Assembly (NCBI GenBank): GCA_964508495.1 | Contig: CAZDUA010000003.1 | Coordinates: 8,867-72,866, forward strand | Source of the DNA: an uncultured Methanosarcinales archaeon | Lineage (GTDB): Archaea; Nanobdellota; Nanobdellia; Woesearchaeales; ARS49 | DNA length: 64,000 nt | Direction: 5' to 3' | In this document: in pieces, positions 46,458 through 56,320 of the stretch | Position numbering within the stretch: position 1 is the first letter of the stretch | Layout of the letters: the number at the start of each line of letters is the position of its first letter | Translations under genes and position numbers: made by a program | Notes under the pieces: model-generated | The model's input: only the letters and a program-made list of their open reading frames with translations | What the model was told of the DNA's origin: nothing | Databases searched by the model: none

Positions 46458-47726
46458 ATGTTGGATATCAGCTACGTTAGGCAATATCCGGATGTTGTAA
46501 GGGAGAATTTGCGTAAGCGTCAGGTTCCGGAGTATTTGACTTATTTTGATGCTGTTTTAAAGAATGATGAGTTGTGGCGTGGGTTGAAGGCTAAGGTTGA
46601 CCAGGCTCGTGCGAGGCGTAATAAGATTTCTGCTGAGATTAATGAGGCTAAGAAGTCTGGCAAGGATGCTTCCAAGCTTATCAAAGAGGCTGCGGAAATA
46701 CCTAAACTTATCGCTGAGGCTGAAAAGCAGCTTGCTGAACTGCACGACAAAATTCGTGTTTGTTTGTTTAAGATTCCCAACCTTACTCACGAGAGCGTGC
46801 CTTATGGTAAAGACGATACTGAGAACAAGGTTGTGAAGACTTTTGGTAAGAAGCCAACTTTCAAATTCGCGCCAATTAGTCATGTTGACCTCGTGCAGAA
46901 GAAGGGCTGGGTTGATTTTGAGCGTGCTGGTAAGATTTCTGGCGCGAGATGGTATTTTTTGAAGGGTGACTTGGCGGTTCTTGAGATGGCTATCGTGCAT
47001 TATGCTATGGATTTCATGCGTGAGAAGAAATTCACTCCTGTTGTTCCTCCTTTTATGATGTCGAGGAAGGCGTATGAGGGTGTTGTTAGTTTGGAGGACT
47101 TTGAGAATGTTATGTACAAAGTTGAGGGCGAAGATTTGTACTCGATTGCTACTTCAGAGCATCCATTGACCGCAATGTACATGGATGAAGTTCTTGATGA
47201 GTCTAACCTTCCAATAAAGCTTGCAGGATTTTCTACAAACTTCCGTAAGGAGGCCGGCGCTCATGGCAAAGACCAGAAGGGTATTTTCCGTGTTCACCAG
47301 TTTAACAAAGTAGAACAAATCGTAATCTGTCGTCCTGAAGAGTCTTGGCACTTCCATGAGGAATTGTTGAAGAATGCGTTAGAATTTTTTGATAGTTTGG
47401 GCTTGCATGGTCGTGTTGTGAATGTTTGTACTGGCGATTTGGGCATTATTGCTGCAAAGAAATATGATATTGAGGTTTGGTATCCTGTTCAGGATGCTTT
47501 TAGAGAGGTTGTTTCGTGTTCAAACTGCACGAGCTATCAGGCAGTGCGTTCTAACATTCGTTTCCAGCACGACCAGGAGCGTCATTTCGTGCACTCTTTG
47601 AACAGTACTTGCGTTGCTACGACAAGAGCTTTAGTCGCAATTCTTGAGAACTTCCAGAAGGATGATGGTAGTGTTATTGTTCCTGCGGTTTTGCAAAAAT
47701 ATACTGGTTTTAAGGTTATGAAATAA
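46458..47726 (+). CDS. serS: Seryl-tRNA synthetase
   Basis: MLDISYVRQYPDVVRENLRKR coiled-coil N-domain; class II motifs; ATG one nt after the upstream stop. Confidence 0.95.
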   Translation: MLDISYVRQYPDVVRENLRKRQVPEYLTYFDAVLKNDELWRGLKAKVDQARARRNKISAEINEAKKSGKDASKLIKEAAEIPKLIAEAEKQLAELHDKIRVCLFKIPNLTHESVPYGKDDTENKVVKTFGKKPTFKFAPISHVDLVQKKGWVDFERAGKISGARWYFLKGDLAVLEMAIVHYAMDFMREKKFTPVVPPFMMSRKAYEGVVSLEDFENVMYKVEGEDLYSIATSEHPLTAMYMDEVLDESNLPIKLAGFSTNFRKEAGAHGKDQKGIFRVHQFNKVEQIVICRPEESWHFHEELLKNALEFFDSLGLHGRVVNVCTGDLGIIAAKKYDIEVWYPVQDAFREVVSCSNCTSYQAVRSNIRFQHDQERHFVHSLNSTCVATTRALVAILENFQKDDGSVIVPAVLQKYTGFKVMK

Positions 47727-47727
47727 A

Positions 47728-48024
47728 ATGGCCGAGATTGCTTGGTGGGCGTGGCTTGGTATCGGATTGTTGGTAGCGCTCACTTCTGTTTTTAGTGGCG
47801 GCAAGCTTACTTTGTTCGCTTGGGTTGGTCTTGTTTTCATTGTTATCGGTATTGCTAAGGTTGTTTCTTTGTTCGTTTTAACGCCGAAAGAGGAGAAGAA
47901 AGTTCAGCAGCAGCGTATTCCAACTCCCTATCAGCACCAGCCTGCTTCTTATTGTCCTGTTTGCAGGTTTACGGTCATGCCTAATGATCGTTTTTGCAAG
48001 TATTGTGGCGCTAGATTAAGATAG
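47728..48024 (+). CDS. Small membrane protein with C-terminal zinc-ribbon
   Basis: Two TM helices; CPVCRF…CKYCG. Confidence 0.45.
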   Translation: MAEIAWWAWLGIGLLVALTSVFSGGKLTLFAWVGLVFIVIGIAKVVSLFVLTPKEEKKVQQQRIPTPYQHQPASYCPVCRFTVMPNDRFCKYCGARLR

Positions 48025-48074
48025 TATTCTGTACTCCCACAAATCTTAAAAATGCTTCTATTCTCGTTCTTGGT

Positions 48075-49148
48075 ATGGGGTTAAAAGATGTGTTGAGCGC
48101 AAATGAATCGCTGTTCAAGAATGAGGAGTCGTTAGATCCGGAATGGCTGCCTAAGAACTTGCCTTTTAGAGAAGAGCAGCATCATGCTATTGCTAATTGT
48201 ATTAAGCCTTTGTTGCAGAGTAGAACAGGAAGAAATTGCATCATCTCTGGCGCTCCGGGTATTGGTAAAACTGCTGCAGTAAAGCTCATTATGAAGGAGT
48301 TGGAAGAAAACCCTGATGTTAATGCTCCTGACATTTACATCTTGTACGTTAACTGTTGGCAGAAAAATACTACTTATAAAATCTTTGTAGAGCTCTGCGA
48401 GCAGTTGGGCTACAAGTTTACCCAGAACAAGAATACTGAGGATTTGTTTAAGATTGTCCAGAATATTGTTAACAAGAAGGCGGCTGTTTTCGCGTTTGAT
48501 GAGGTTGACAAAGTGGAGGATGTCGATTTCTTGTATCATATTTTCACTGACATTTTGAAGAAGACTATTTTAATGATTACTAATCGTCCTCAGTGGTATT
48601 CTGAGGTTGATGAGCGTATCCGCTCCAGATTGATTCCTGAAAAGATTAATTTCTCGCAATATTCTAGTGAGGAAATCTCTGGCATTTTGAAGCAGCGTAT
48701 TGATTATGCTTTCTCAGCTAATCGTTGGGATGATTCTGCGGTTAGCATGATTGTGGAAAAGACGATTTCTGCAGGTGATGTTCGTATTGGCTTGCATTTG
48801 TTGAGGGAGGCTGGTCTTGCTGCAGAAGATAGGTCTTCTAAGAAGGTTGTTCTTGAGCATGCTAAGCTTGCTCTTGCTAAGATGAGTGATTTCTCTATTA
48901 AGCCTGCTGAGGACTTGTCTGATGATTCTAAAGTTATTTTGGAATTAATCAAGGTTCAGTCTGGCAAGATTGGTGATTTGTTCAAGATTTATCAGGAGCA
49001 GGGTGGTGCTGGCACTTACAAGACTTTCCAGAGAAGAATTGAAACTTTGGAGAAAGGTGGCTTTATCGACACAAAGAAGATTGTGGGCGGTAAAGACGGC
49101 ACGACAACGTTAGTAACTACTAAGAACAAATCTTTGGACGAATTCTAA
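48075..49148 (+). CDS. cdc6: Orc1/Cdc6 replication initiator
   Basis: FREEQHHAIANCIKPLL…ISGAPGIGKTAAVK Walker A; AAA+ fold; winged-helix C-terminus. Confidence 0.85.
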   Translation: MGLKDVLSANESLFKNEESLDPEWLPKNLPFREEQHHAIANCIKPLLQSRTGRNCIISGAPGIGKTAAVKLIMKELEENPDVNAPDIYILYVNCWQKNTTYKIFVELCEQLGYKFTQNKNTEDLFKIVQNIVNKKAAVFAFDEVDKVEDVDFLYHIFTDILKKTILMITNRPQWYSEVDERIRSRLIPEKINFSQYSSEEISGILKQRIDYAFSANRWDDSAVSMIVEKTISAGDVRIGLHLLREAGLAAEDRSSKKVVLEHAKLALAKMSDFSIKPAEDLSDDSKVILELIKVQSGKIGDLFKIYQEQGGAGTYKTFQRRIETLEKGGFIDTKKIVGGKDGTTTLVTTKNKSLDEF

Positions 49149-49636
49149 AGCACTTCAATGTCTATTTGAGTGTAAGGGAACTGGTTTGTGTCTACTATCG
49201 TGTAATTTGTAGTGCCTGCTTCGTGCGCTATTGCGAAGTCCTTGCATTGTGCGAAAATGTCTTCTCTGCACTGCATCATTGATTCTTTTGTTGGGAACCT
49301 GTGCGTTTGGAGTTTTCCGTTCATTACTCCTCTTATGAGCCAGTTGCCTTTCATTTCTTTTGGCTCTTTGTCTGCTATGTCGGTGAGGCATTCGTATTCT
49401 CCTGATCCGAACTCGTGTATTACGACTCGTCCGTTGAAGTGTGCTCTTTCTTCGGTCAGTTTTTCTTCAAGTTCGCTTTTGTTAGAATAAATGCGCACGT
49501 GTTGGTATTTTGGGTTTGTTTTATCGTACGCTGCAAGCATTATCATGCTCGGCTTGTAATTGGGCTCGGCTCTTTCAATTCTGCCTTTCAGGTCTTTTAT
49601 TGCTTGGTCTTGTAATATGTGAAGCATCTTACTCAC
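49145..49636 (-). CDS. Hypothetical protein (163 aa)
   Basis: ORF only; convergent with cdc6. Confidence 0.3.
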   Translation of the reverse strand: MSKMLHILQDQAIKDLKGRIERAEPNYKPSMIMLAAYDKTNPKYQHVRIYSNKSELEEKLTEERAHFNGRVVIHEFGSGEYECLTDIADKEPKEMKGNWLIRGVMNGKLQTHRFPTKESMMQCREDIFAQCKDFAIAHEAGTTNYTIVDTNQFPYTQIDIEVL

Positions 49637-49717
49637 AATTAACTATTAAATTGTATAGTCGATATTTAAATCTTGCCGAGAATAAGGTTTATATAGTATT
49701 CGGGCTAATTTCTGTTT

Positions 49718-50311
49718 ATGCCAAAAAGGGTGAGTTTGGAAGCTATCAACAGAAAGCTTGACGTTGTTCTTTCTTATCAGAAGAAGATTCTTTCTAGAGA
49801 AGCTGAAGTTGAAAAAGAGGAAAAGGCTGTAGAAAGCGAGGAAAGGGAAGAATTGCGAAAGTTGGAAGAGCTTGAATCAATGGAGAGGGAGCTTATTCAT
49901 GAGGTTGGCGAACATCCTTTGCAAAAGATTAGTTACAAGGATCTTGCGAAAGGCTGCATTGGTGCTTTTATTGGTGTTGGAGCGCATTATACTTTTGTTT
50001 ATGGTGTTAAGGTTGCAGCAGAGATAGACGTTACTCGTGCTACGTTGTTGTTCCCAATCTCGTACGCATTGGGCGGTATTTTCATGTACATGACTGGTTT
50101 TAGGAGAATTAAGGACCCGAAGATTATGTCTTTCTTGCCGTTGCGTTTGACAATTCTTTACGTTACTGCCATCATTACAGCAATGCTCGTGTTGTGGCTT
50201 TTCATTCCTGGGTTTTTCAGTGATTTTTGGACGTCATATAAGCAAGTTGCAACGGTTACATTAAGCGCTGTTATTGGTGCTTGTACTGCTGACTTGTTGG
50301 GGAAGGAATGA
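49718..50311 (+). CDS. Integral membrane protein with N-terminal coiled coil; paralog of 55843-56319
   Basis: C-terminus …VIGACTADLLGKE matches …IGAAISDLLGKY of the paralog; TATA 24 nt upstream. Confidence 0.4.
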   Translation: MPKRVSLEAINRKLDVVLSYQKKILSREAEVEKEEKAVESEEREELRKLEELESMERELIHEVGEHPLQKISYKDLAKGCIGAFIGVGAHYTFVYGVKVAAEIDVTRATLLFPISYALGGIFMYMTGFRRIKDPKIMSFLPLRLTILYVTAIITAMLVLWLFIPGFFSDFWTSYKQVATVTLSAVIGACTADLLGKE

Positions 50312-50676
50312 AGGACTTTCATCATTTGCAGGAAGAGAAGCTTTTGCGCGCTGAGCGTTTGTATAGTATTGTTTCTCAGATTCATAAGCTTCAACTGCAG
50401 GGCAATACTGAGTTTGTTGAAAAGTTCCTCGCTTCTTTTCCAGACCATCTCAATTACATGCTTGCTAAGGTGAAGGAGCAGGAAGCTTTGTGTGATAGTT
50501 CTGACCAATGTTTGGGCTTGTTGAGTATGGAGTCTTCTGCTTTGCAGGACTTGATCAGGCATTCTGAGCTGGTTGCTGCTAAGAAGGTGCCGCTTGATGT
50601 TGTGAAGTCTGTTGGTGTTTTGAATCTTATTCGTGCTAGAAAGGAGTTCTTTAAGCAGTTGAAGAAGGCCGCTTAG
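50308..50676 (+). CDS. Hypothetical protein (122 aa)
   Basis: ATGA overlap with the upstream gene. Confidence 0.3.
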   Translation: MKDFHHLQEEKLLRAERLYSIVSQIHKLQLQGNTEFVEKFLASFPDHLNYMLAKVKEQEALCDSSDQCLGLLSMESSALQDLIRHSELVAAKKVPLDVVKSVGVLNLIRARKEFFKQLKKAA

Positions 50677-50970
50677 TCACTGGACACTGGACATCTGCCT
50701 TCTTGAGCTATTTAAACCGTAATAACTATTTTTCTTCTCAGAGGTGATCAGTATGGAAAACATCCAGGAATTGTTGTTCGAGCGAATAAAGGCGCTTACT
50801 AAGGCGTCGTGTAAGCGTGATTTGAGGTTGAGACGATGGTAGACTTGTATGATGACAACTCGATTGACTACTTTGAGGACGATGACGACCTTGATGGTGC
50901 CGAGGCAGGCTTTATGCGCGGATACTTGTCTGCGTAACATTTTTATTTAGTTCTCTTTCTCACATTTCTT

Positions 50971-51525
50971 ATGAGGGTTTTATCTAAGAATGAGGTCATT
51001 GTTCACAAGCTTAAGATAGTCTCAGAGATAGCTGCCGGCGCAGTTTTCATCTATCCGACTGACACAATTTATGGTATTGGCTGTGACGCAACCAATGATA
51101 AATCCGTTAGAAGAATCCGCGAGATTAAACAGCGTGATGCTAAGCCTTTCTCAATCATAGCTCCTTCTATCGATTGGATTAAGGAGAACTGTGAATTAAA
51201 TGACAAAGCTAAGTCTTGGCTTCTAAAATTGCCTGGCCCTTACACTTTAATCCTGCCATTGAGGAATAATTCTGCCGTTTGCGCTCAAACTAATATGGGC
51301 GTGAAGACGATAGGCGTCCGCATGCCTAATCATTGGATTTCTGATTTGGTTTCAAAGTTCGGCAAGCCGTTAGTTACGACTTCTGTTAACACTGCAGGCG
51401 CCCCTCCTTCAACTACGCTTGAGCAATTGCAATCTTTCAGTGTTGACTTCATTATTTTTGATGGCGAGCTGGCTGGAAAGCCTAGTTCTGTTATTGATGC
51501 TGTTACTGGCAGGGTTATTAGGTAA
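50971..51525 (+). CDS. tsaC: L-threonylcarbamoyladenylate synthase, Sua5/YrdC family (TsaC)
   Basis: YrdC-domain motifs VFIYPTDTIYGIGCDA…KPFSIIA. Confidence 0.8.
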   Translation: MRVLSKNEVIVHKLKIVSEIAAGAVFIYPTDTIYGIGCDATNDKSVRRIREIKQRDAKPFSIIAPSIDWIKENCELNDKAKSWLLKLPGPYTLILPLRNNSAVCAQTNMGVKTIGVRMPNHWISDLVSKFGKPLVTTSVNTAGAPPSTTLEQLQSFSVDFIIFDGELAGKPSSVIDAVTGRVIR

Positions 51526-51569
51526 TCGACCACAACCTTTTTAAACCCCCTTTTTACTTTCGTATTTTT

Positions 51570-51971
51570 ATGACGACGAAGGTAGTGGGAGCTGGGACTC
51601 TTAAGGAAGGCAGTTATATTCTCGTAGATGGGTATGCTTGCAGGGTGTCTAGTTCTGAGACGTCTAAGTCTGGAAAGCACGGTCATGCTAAGGTCAGAAT
51701 TGTTGCTATTGGCCTCATAGATGAAAAAAAGCGTGAAGTCGTTATGCCTGCTCATGATAACGTTGAGGTTCCTATTGTTGAGAAGAAGTCTGCTCAGGTC
51801 TTGAGCGTTTCTGGGAATATGGCTAACGTGATGGACGAGGAGAATTTTGAGACTTTTGATATTAAGGTTCCTGAAGAGCTCAAGGCAACTGTTGTTCCTA
51901 ACTGTAAAGTTCTTTACTGGATTATTCTAGGAGAAAAAATTATGAAACAATTGAAAGGCGGTGCTGAATAA
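51570..51971 (+). CDS. eif5a: Translation initiation factor 5A (aIF-5A)
   Basis: Hypusine loop SKSGKHGHAK; 133 aa. Confidence 0.9.
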   Translation: MTTKVVGAGTLKEGSYILVDGYACRVSSSETSKSGKHGHAKVRIVAIGLIDEKKREVVMPAHDNVEVPIVEKKSAQVLSVSGNMANVMDEENFETFDIKVPEELKATVVPNCKVLYWIILGEKIMKQLKGGAE

Positions 51972-52132
51972 TGGTTAAGTTCCCTGAAGCTGATGCGAGG
52001 ATGTTTAGGAATAAGTTTGTTTGCAGGAGATGTAAGTCGGTCATCCGCGCTCCTTCTCGTAAGATTGCTGACCAGCAGGTTAAGTGTCGTTCGTGTGCTG
52101 GAAAGAAATTTAAACCCAAGCGTAAGAAGTAA
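51971..52132 (+). CDS. rpl40e: 50S ribosomal protein L40e (53 aa)
   Basis: MVKFPEADARMFRNKFVCRRCKSV…CRSCAGKKFKPKRKK C4 zinc ribbon; TAATG overlap with aIF5A; not in ORF track. Confidence 0.7.
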   Translation: MVKFPEADARMFRNKFVCRRCKSVIRAPSRKIADQQVKCRSCAGKKFKPKRKK

Positions 52133-52138
52133 ACTCTC

Positions 52139-53305
52139 ATGAGTATTGATGGTATTGCAGCGATTGTATTTGTAGTTCTTCTTGCTGCATTTTTGTGGCG
52201 CAAGCGTCATCAGGTTCAGCTTCAGCGCGCCTTGTTCCCTTTGTTGTACGTGATTATGTATCGTTCTTCTTTTGGGCTGAAGTCCATGGACCGGCTTGCA
52301 AAAAGTTTTCCTAAAACTTTGCGTGCAATTGGCAACGTCTCTATCGTTATAGGGTTTCTTGGCATGGTTTTAATTTGCGGCGAGCTTATTTTTAACACTG
52401 TCAAAGTTTTTACAGAGGCAGGCGTTCCTGGCATCCAACCAGTCTTGCCGATTGAAGCCAAAGGTGTTTTCTTTGTGCCATTCCTGTACTGGATTCTTAG
52501 CATTTTCTTGTTAGCGCTCGTTCACGAGTTCGCTCATGGTGTTCTCGCGCGTGTGTATAACATTCCTGTTAAGAGCAGTGGTTTTGCTTTCTTGTGCATT
52601 TTGCTTCCAGTCATTCCTGCTGCTTTCGTCGAGCCTGATGAGAAAATCGTGCAAAAAAGGTCTTTTAGGCAGCAGTGGTCTGTTTTTGCTGCTGGTCCGG
52701 TTTCTAACTTATTGTTCGCTCTTGTCATGTTGGGCGTTTTTGCTGTTATGACTCCCGTGTTAACTTCTGCTTTTACTGAAAAGGGTGTCGAACTCATTCA
52801 CGTTACAGAAAACAGTTCCGCTTTTGCTGGTGGCTTGCGTGATGGCGATATTATTGAGAGTTTTAACGGTATTCCTATGTTGTCTTCTCAGAATATTTCT
52901 AATTTCTTGAACTCTTCTGTTCCGGGAGATGAAATCTTGATTGAAACAAGTAATAGTTCTTTTTCGATTATCACAGGTGCTCATCCTGATAATTCTTCTA
53001 AAGCTTATCTTGGCATTCAGGCCAAACCGTATCTTGAGCCGAATGCAGAATTTGTTTCAAAGTATGGTGGTTGGCTTCCTGTTGTGCTTAAGTGGTTTGC
53101 TGGTTTGATTTTCTGGTTGTTCATGCTAAATATAGGAATTGGCTTGTTTAACTTACTGCCAATCGGTCCTTTGGACGGCGGGCGAATGTTCCAGCTTGTT
53201 TGCTTGAAGTTCTTCAAGAAAGGGACTGCGTTAAAAATTTGTGGTTTTGTCAGTATTTTCTTTGTGGGGCTTATTCTTGCCAATCTTTTCGCAGGATTTT
53301 TTTAG
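52139..53305 (+). CDS. Site-2 protease (M50 family) with PDZ domain
   Basis: HEFAHG (HExxH), LPIGPLDGGRM (LDG motif), PDZ-like AGGLRDGDIIESFNG. Confidence 0.75.
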   Translation: MSIDGIAAIVFVVLLAAFLWRKRHQVQLQRALFPLLYVIMYRSSFGLKSMDRLAKSFPKTLRAIGNVSIVIGFLGMVLICGELIFNTVKVFTEAGVPGIQPVLPIEAKGVFFVPFLYWILSIFLLALVHEFAHGVLARVYNIPVKSSGFAFLCILLPVIPAAFVEPDEKIVQKRSFRQQWSVFAAGPVSNLLFALVMLGVFAVMTPVLTSAFTEKGVELIHVTENSSAFAGGLRDGDIIESFNGIPMLSSQNISNFLNSSVPGDEILIETSNSSFSIITGAHPDNSSKAYLGIQAKPYLEPNAEFVSKYGGWLPVVLKWFAGLIFWLFMLNIGIGLFNLLPIGPLDGGRMFQLVCLKFFKKGTALKICGFVSIFFVGLILANLFAGFF

Positions 53306-54762
53306 CCCTTAATGTTGCCGATAGGGGAGAATTTGACGAGTTTCTTGCTGATGCCTGCTTTGTCCATTACATCAACGACCTCTGATATCGATTTGTATGC
53401 CGCTCCTGCTTCTTCTGCTAGCCCTGAGAATGATGTTGTTCTGACGTAGATTCCTCTTTTTTCCATGTCTTTCTGTAATTGGTCTCCGCGTATTTCTCTT
53501 CTTGCTTGTGTTCTGCTCATTGTTCTTCCCGAGCCGTGTGCTGTGCTTCCAAAGGTTTCTTCTGACGCTTTATCTGTGCCAAGAAGAAGATAACTGCCTG
53601 TTTCCATGCTTCCGCCCACAATGACTGGCTGCCCTATTTTTCTGAACATTGGTGCTAGTTCTGTTCTTGATGGCCCGAAGCATCTTGTTGCTCCTTTTCT
53701 GTGCACTACTAATTTTTTCATTTTGTTTCCAATTTTGTGCTCTTCTAGTTTTGCTATGTTGTGCGCAACATCATAGACTAAGTGCATTTCCATTTGTTCT
53801 GGTGTTTTCTCAAAGATTTTGTGGAAGCATTCTCTTATCCTGTGTAAAATGACCTGCCTGTTGGCAAATGCCGCGTTTGCAGCGCACGCCATGGCATGGT
53901 AGTAGTCTTGTCCTTCTTTGCTTGAGAATGGCGCGCAGGCTAATTCGGGATCTGGTACAGTGATGTCATATTTTCTCATCGCTTCTGAGAATATTTTCAG
54001 GTAGTCTGTTCCTATTTGGTGGCCAAATCCTCTGCTTCCGCAGTGTACCATTACGCAGATTTGGTCTTCGCTGACAATTCCAAGTTTCTCGGCTGTTTTT
54101 TTGTCAAATATTTGTCCTGCGTATTGTATTTCTAGATAGTGGTTTCCAGAGCCGAGCGTTCCGAGTTGGTTTATTCCTCTGCTTATTGCTTTGTCTGATA
54201 CTTTGCTTGTTTCTGCGTGTTCTATGCACCCGTAATCTTCTATTCTCTCTAGGTCTTCGTCCCAGCCGTAGCCGTTTTCTACGCACCATTTGGCTCCGTT
54301 TTGCATGATTTTTTTGAATTCCTGTGTTGTTAGTTTGACGAATCCTTTGCAGCCTACTCCTGCGGGTACTTGTTGGAACAATAAATCTACTAGCGGTTTC
54401 AGTTTTGGTTGTACTTCTTTGTACGTCAAATTTGTTGTCACCAGTCTCATTCCGCAGTTGATGTCAAATCCTATTCCGCCTGGTGAAATAACGCCTGTAT
54501 TTGGATCAAATGCCGCTACTCCTCCTATTGGAAAACCGTAGCCAGAGTGCGCGTCTGGCATGCAGAGTGCTCTTTCTTGTATTCCGGGCAGGCATGCAAC
54601 GTTTGTGAGCTGGTCGTAGACTGCTCTGTCCATTGCTTTGATTAGTTTTTCGCTTGAGTATATTCTTGCTGGTACTCTCATTCCTTCTTTGTATGAGATT
54701 GGTATGTCCCAGATGACTTCTCCTTTTCGTTCAAATTCTGGTATTGGTGCGTTTCGATTCAT
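53302..54762 (-). CDS. rtcB: RNA-splicing ligase RtcB
   Basis: 486 aa from MNRNAPI…; conserved His/Cys metal ligands; ATGA-coupled to archease. Confidence 0.9.
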   Translation of the reverse strand: MNRNAPIPEFERKGEVIWDIPISYKEGMRVPARIYSSEKLIKAMDRAVYDQLTNVACLPGIQERALCMPDAHSGYGFPIGGVAAFDPNTGVISPGGIGFDINCGMRLVTTNLTYKEVQPKLKPLVDLLFQQVPAGVGCKGFVKLTTQEFKKIMQNGAKWCVENGYGWDEDLERIEDYGCIEHAETSKVSDKAISRGINQLGTLGSGNHYLEIQYAGQIFDKKTAEKLGIVSEDQICVMVHCGSRGFGHQIGTDYLKIFSEAMRKYDITVPDPELACAPFSSKEGQDYYHAMACAANAAFANRQVILHRIRECFHKIFEKTPEQMEMHLVYDVAHNIAKLEEHKIGNKMKKLVVHRKGATRCFGPSRTELAPMFRKIGQPVIVGGSMETGSYLLLGTDKASEETFGSTAHGSGRTMSRTQARREIRGDQLQKDMEKRGIYVRTTSFSGLAEEAGAAYKSISEVVDVMDKAGISKKLVKFSPIGNIKG

Positions 54763-55181
54763 ATGTCTAACACCACGCTTGCTTTCCATGTTCCTTTTTT
54801 CTTCTCAATCGTGTAATAGTGCATTGTAACGGCCTTTACGTCCTGGTGTAGTTCTTGTTCTGTTGGTTTTATTTTGTCCCCGTGTAATATTGCAGTAACA
54901 GTCATTTTCTTTTCGTCTACTTTGACTTTTATTTCACTGAAGACCATTGCGTCTTTGTCTTTCAGGTAAATTATTTCTTCTAGTAACTCAAAAAGCAGTA
55001 ATTCTATGTTTTTTGCTTTCTTTTTGATTGTTTTTTTGATTTTGGCTTTGACGGTTTTTGGGTTTGCCATGCTTGCTATTACTGCTTTTGCCGCGCTTTC
55101 AAATAGTTCGTTTAGGTTTTTGCCTGTTGCTTGGAAGGCGACGTCCGCTATGGCTACGTCTTCGATAAACTTGAATGGCAT
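54759..55181 (-). CDS. Archease (RtcB activator)
   Basis: MPFKFIEDVAIADVAFQATGKNLNELFESAAKAV…; 140 aa; adjacent to rtcB. Confidence 0.8.
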   Translation of the reverse strand: MPFKFIEDVAIADVAFQATGKNLNELFESAAKAVIASMANPKTVKAKIKKTIKKKAKNIELLLFELLEEIIYLKDKDAMVFSEIKVKVDEKKMTVTAILHGDKIKPTEQELHQDVKAVTMHYYTIEKKKGTWKASVVLDI

Positions 55182-55212
55182 GAGTATTTTGCGCTGTGTT
55201 TTGTATATAAAT

Positions 55213-55818
55213 CTACCTGCTCTTTAGAAATTCAAGAACTGTTTTGAGCGAATCCGCGCATACTTCTTCCCTGTTGCGGTTTCCGTCTATGAATATTATG
55301 TTTTCTTTCAATAGTTCTTTGAGTTTGTGGTAGTTTGCGTGTACTTTTTGCAGGAAATCTTCTTTGTGGAATGCGTGTGCGTCTTGTTGTCTTCCTTGTG
55401 TCATTCTTTTTACTGCTTCTGCCACTGGTATGTCTATTACAATTGTCAAATCGGGTACCAGCAAGTCTTTGTGCATTTCGTGTATTTTCTCAAACGGCAC
55501 TCCTTGTGCCATCTGGTAAGCATATGTTGAGTGTTTGTATCTGTCTGACAAAACTATGATGTCTTTTTTGGTGCAGGCTTCTATCATTTTGCAGTGTTTT
55601 GTTCTGTCTTCAACAAATAGTTTTAATGCGTCTTCTCCTTGTGATAGCGGGTCTAGTCTTGATAAGAACTTTTTGAGCCAGTCTCTTTTGTATGGCTCTC
55701 TTGTTAGTAGTATGTGGTTGTTTTTGTCTGCTTCAAACAGTTCAGTGGCTATTTTTTTTATGACTGTGCCTTTTCCGCAACCGTCTATGCCTTCTATTGC
55801 TATGAACGCCCCTTTCAT
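55213..55818 (-). CDS. tmk: Thymidylate kinase
   Basis: FIAIEGIDGCGKGT P-loop; LTREP; DRY-like SDRYKHS. Confidence 0.85.
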   Translation of the reverse strand: MKGAFIAIEGIDGCGKGTVIKKIATELFEADKNNHILLTREPYKRDWLKKFLSRLDPLSQGEDALKLFVEDRTKHCKMIEACTKKDIIVLSDRYKHSTYAYQMAQGVPFEKIHEMHKDLLVPDLTIVIDIPVAEAVKRMTQGRQQDAHAFHKEDFLQKVHANYHKLKELLKENIIFIDGNRNREEVCADSLKTVLEFLKSR

Positions 55819-55842
55819 AATCCAGCGAGAACTAAGCTTCTA

Positions 55843-56319
55843 TTAATATTTTCCTAATAGGTCTGATATGGCTGCGCCGATGGCTGCTGGCAGGCTGATG
55901 GCTATTGTAAGTTTGAAGACATGATATGCGTCTTGTGCAATGTTGGTTAGTCCGTAGACGAAGAGTAGCATATATGATACGAATAGCGCGATTAAATAGT
56001 ATGTTATGATTCGTTTCGCCCAGAATTGTCCGAATGTTCTTTGTTTTCTTTGGCTTATTGGTATTCTCGCGTATCCTACAAAGTAGATTTCTGCGGTTAG
56101 AATGAGCCATGTTGTTAGGCTGATGATGATGATGTGGAACATGCCAAGGCTAAGTCCGACTTGTAATAGTAGTCCTTTTAGCACGAATGTGAATCCAAAG
56201 AATAGCGCGCCGAAGAATGCGGCTACTACGTGGCGCATGTCAAAGTGGCCTGGTATTTTTTCGACAAGTCTTTCTTTGATGAGGTGTACTTCCTGTTCAA
56301 TCCTTTCTAGGCTTGCCAT
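55843..56319 (-). CDS. Integral membrane protein, paralog of 49718-50311
   Basis: Shared C-terminal …DLLGK[YE] block and TM layout. Confidence 0.4.
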   Translation of the reverse strand: MASLERIEQEVHLIKERLVEKIPGHFDMRHVVAAFFGALFFGFTFVLKGLLLQVGLSLGMFHIIIISLTTWLILTAEIYFVGYARIPISQRKQRTFGQFWAKRIITYYLIALFVSYMLLFVYGLTNIAQDAYHVFKLTIAISLPAAIGAAISDLLGKY

Positions 56320-56320
56320 T

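Noticed and set aside
48025-48074. Replication origin (ORB repeats) next to orc1/cdc6
   Set aside because: Flanking intergenic regions are 50 and 80 bp with no repeated ORB-like elements; the origin is probably elsewhere.
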